Below, piece by piece: positions 35,405 through 36,548 of a DNA stretch of 36,548 nt (its first letter is position 1; each line of letters starts with the position of its first letter). The notes beneath the pieces were generated by a model. The model worked only from the letters and a program-made list of their open reading frames with translations, was not told where the DNA came from and ran no database searches. This DNA comes from an uncultured Bacteroidales bacterium (GTDB lineage: Bacteria; Bacteroidota; Bacteroidia; Bacteroidales; P3). The stretch spans positions 1 through 36,548 of the forward strand of contig CAMWQD010000001.1 in the NCBI GenBank assembly GCA_947176325.1, read 5' to 3'. Both the position numbers and the translations under genes were made by a program.

Positions 35405-36451
35405 ATGTTGTTTCACGTTTATGGAGACTTGGCTATCTACAAATGGATTGCCATGTTCGCAGTCCTTGTAGGACTGATTCTTCTCAATGAATTCGCCCGA
35501 AAGACCAAATTCGGCGGAATCGTAACCTTCTTTGCCGTGCCCGTGCTGTTGACGGCCTATTTCGTGACGATTTACATCGCCGCCGCCTTGGGTGCCGACT
35601 GGGCGCTGCACAACCAGACCTATCTTTACATGAACGGCTGGTTCCACTACGCCAAACTGTATGCGGCGCTGACGGGCTGTATCGGCTTCATGATGATCAA
35701 GTACGGCTGGGGCATCGGCAAACAGAAATGGTTCAAGCCCTTCCCGTTTGTCATCGTGGCCATCAACATCCTTATCGCCGTGGCTTCCGATTTCGAAACG
35801 GCCTACAAGGGTTGGTACAGCTGGTTCCTCTCGCCCGAACAGGTATGGCTCTACGGCGGCTGGCACAACATCATGAACGGTGTGGCCGGTCTGCTCAACA
35901 TCTTCTGTATGACCGCCTGGTGGAGCGTTTATTCCTCCAAGGACAAGACCGATATGTTGTGGCCCGATATGACGTGGGTGTATATTGTGGTTTATGATGT
36001 ATGGAACTTCGCCTACACCTACAACTGTCTGCCCACCCACTCTTGGTTCTGCGGTATCGCGCTTCTGCTGGCTCCCACGATTGCGGCTGTATGCTGGAAC
36101 CGGGGCGGCTGGATTCAGAACCGCGCCAATACGCTTGCCATCTGGTGTATGTTCGCACAGGTATTCCCGCTCTTCCAAGTCACCTTCCCCAACGGCCTCC
36201 AAGTTTACAAGTGGGCTACCCTTCCCACCCTCTATGCCGACGGCACGCTCAACGGCATTGTGGAAGGCGGCAGCGTCAACGCCAATCCTACGGCCATGAC
36301 CGTTGTCAGCGCCCTCGCCTTGGTGTTGAACGCCGTTGCCCTCGGCTACATCATCTGCGTATCGAAGAAACGTCACATCAACCCCTACAAGCAAGACGTA
36401 TTCGTTAACCAGAAATACTACAAAGACGCCGCCGCGCGCATCGACGCCTAA
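35405..36451 (+). CDS. Hypothetical polytopic inner-membrane protein (about 9 TM, Trp-rich)
   Basis: 348-aa ATG-initiated ORF with about 9 hydrophobic spans and many Trp/Tyr residues at the predicted interfaces. It is followed by a strong terminator. I do not recognise a family with confidence. Confidence 0.6.
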   Translation: MLFHVYGDLAIYKWIAMFAVLVGLILLNEFARKTKFGGIVTFFAVPVLLTAYFVTIYIAAALGADWALHNQTYLYMNGWFHYAKLYAALTGCIGFMMIKYGWGIGKQKWFKPFPFVIVAINILIAVASDFETAYKGWYSWFLSPEQVWLYGGWHNIMNGVAGLLNIFCMTAWWSVYSSKDKTDMLWPDMTWVYIVVYDVWNFAYTYNCLPTHSWFCGIALLLAPTIAAVCWNRGGWIQNRANTLAIWCMFAQVFPLFQVTFPNGLQVYKWATLPTLYADGTLNGIVEGGSVNANPTAMTVVSALALVLNAVALGYIICVSKKRHINPYKQDVFVNQKYYKDAAARIDA

Positions 36452-36477
36452 GCGCCTGTCTTTGGTATGATATAGAA

Positions 36478-36509
36478 GCGGGTGGACTTTTCGTCTGCCC
36501 GCTTTTTTT
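36478..36509 (+). terminator. Rho-independent terminator
   Basis: A 10-bp stem GCGGGTGGAC / GTCTGCCCGC (including two G-U pairs) with loop TTTTC is followed by TTTTTTT. It starts 27 nt after the stop at 36451. Confidence 0.8.
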
Positions 36510-36548
36510 ATGGAACAAGAAAACTTTAACTTGTCCTGCACTTGTCCT

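Noticed and set aside
36518-36548. A short direct repeat, CTTGTCCT ... CTTGTCCT, at the right edge of the window.
   Set aside because: It is two 8-mers only and is truncated by the window end. This is insufficient to call a repeat element or binding site.
1-36548. Scanned for CRISPR arrays, IS or transposase and integrase genes, tRNA/rRNA genes, and defence-system-like gene sets.
   Set aside because: None were seen. Every ORF longer than about 150 aa on the coding strand is accounted for by housekeeping or envelope functions, or by the few unknowns listed. No spaced repeat arrays or inverted terminal repeats were noticed.

Overview
This window looks like an ordinary, gene-dense housekeeping stretch of a fairly high-GC Bacteroidota (Bacteroidales-like) chromosome. 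I saw no rRNA or tRNA genes, CRISPR arrays, transposases or integrases. All calls rest on reading the supplied translations for family motifs, since no searches could be run.

Gene content from left to right:
- A lipoprotein-mrdA-rodA elongasome operon (minus strand).
- A stand-alone LuxE-like acyl-adenylate enzyme.
- An operon encoding a U32/RlhA-like protein and an Ig-like lipoprotein.
- A small T9SS locus: porP/sprF and a gldJ-like gene, divergent from porV-ispF.
- A complete Bacteroidetes-type dcw cluster on the minus strand: mraZ-rsmH-ftsL-like-ftsI-murE-mraY-murD*-ftsW-murG-murC-ftsQ-ftsA-ftsZ.
- A divergent pair of glsA/glsB-like N-acyl amino acid lipid genes, then engB, mutA, mntP, queD, a DUF5131 (Gp37/Gp68) gene and an unknown polytopic membrane protein.

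Points worth a second look:
1. murD is reduced to a 184-aa ORF covering only the C-terminal domain, inside an otherwise intact dcw cluster.
2. Four TGGGA/TGGAA boxes sit at 10-bp phasing next to a TAnnTTTG -7 box upstream of mraZ, which fits a MraZ operator.
3. queD overlaps the Cys-rich DUF5131 gene by 8 nt.
4. The methylmalonyl-CoA mutase small subunit has no adjacent large subunit.
5. An unknown lipoprotein gene abuts mrdA-rodA where mreD is usually found.
6. FtsZ carries an unusually long acidic tail.

The very long ORFs antisense to the real genes are treated as codon-bias shadow ORFs.
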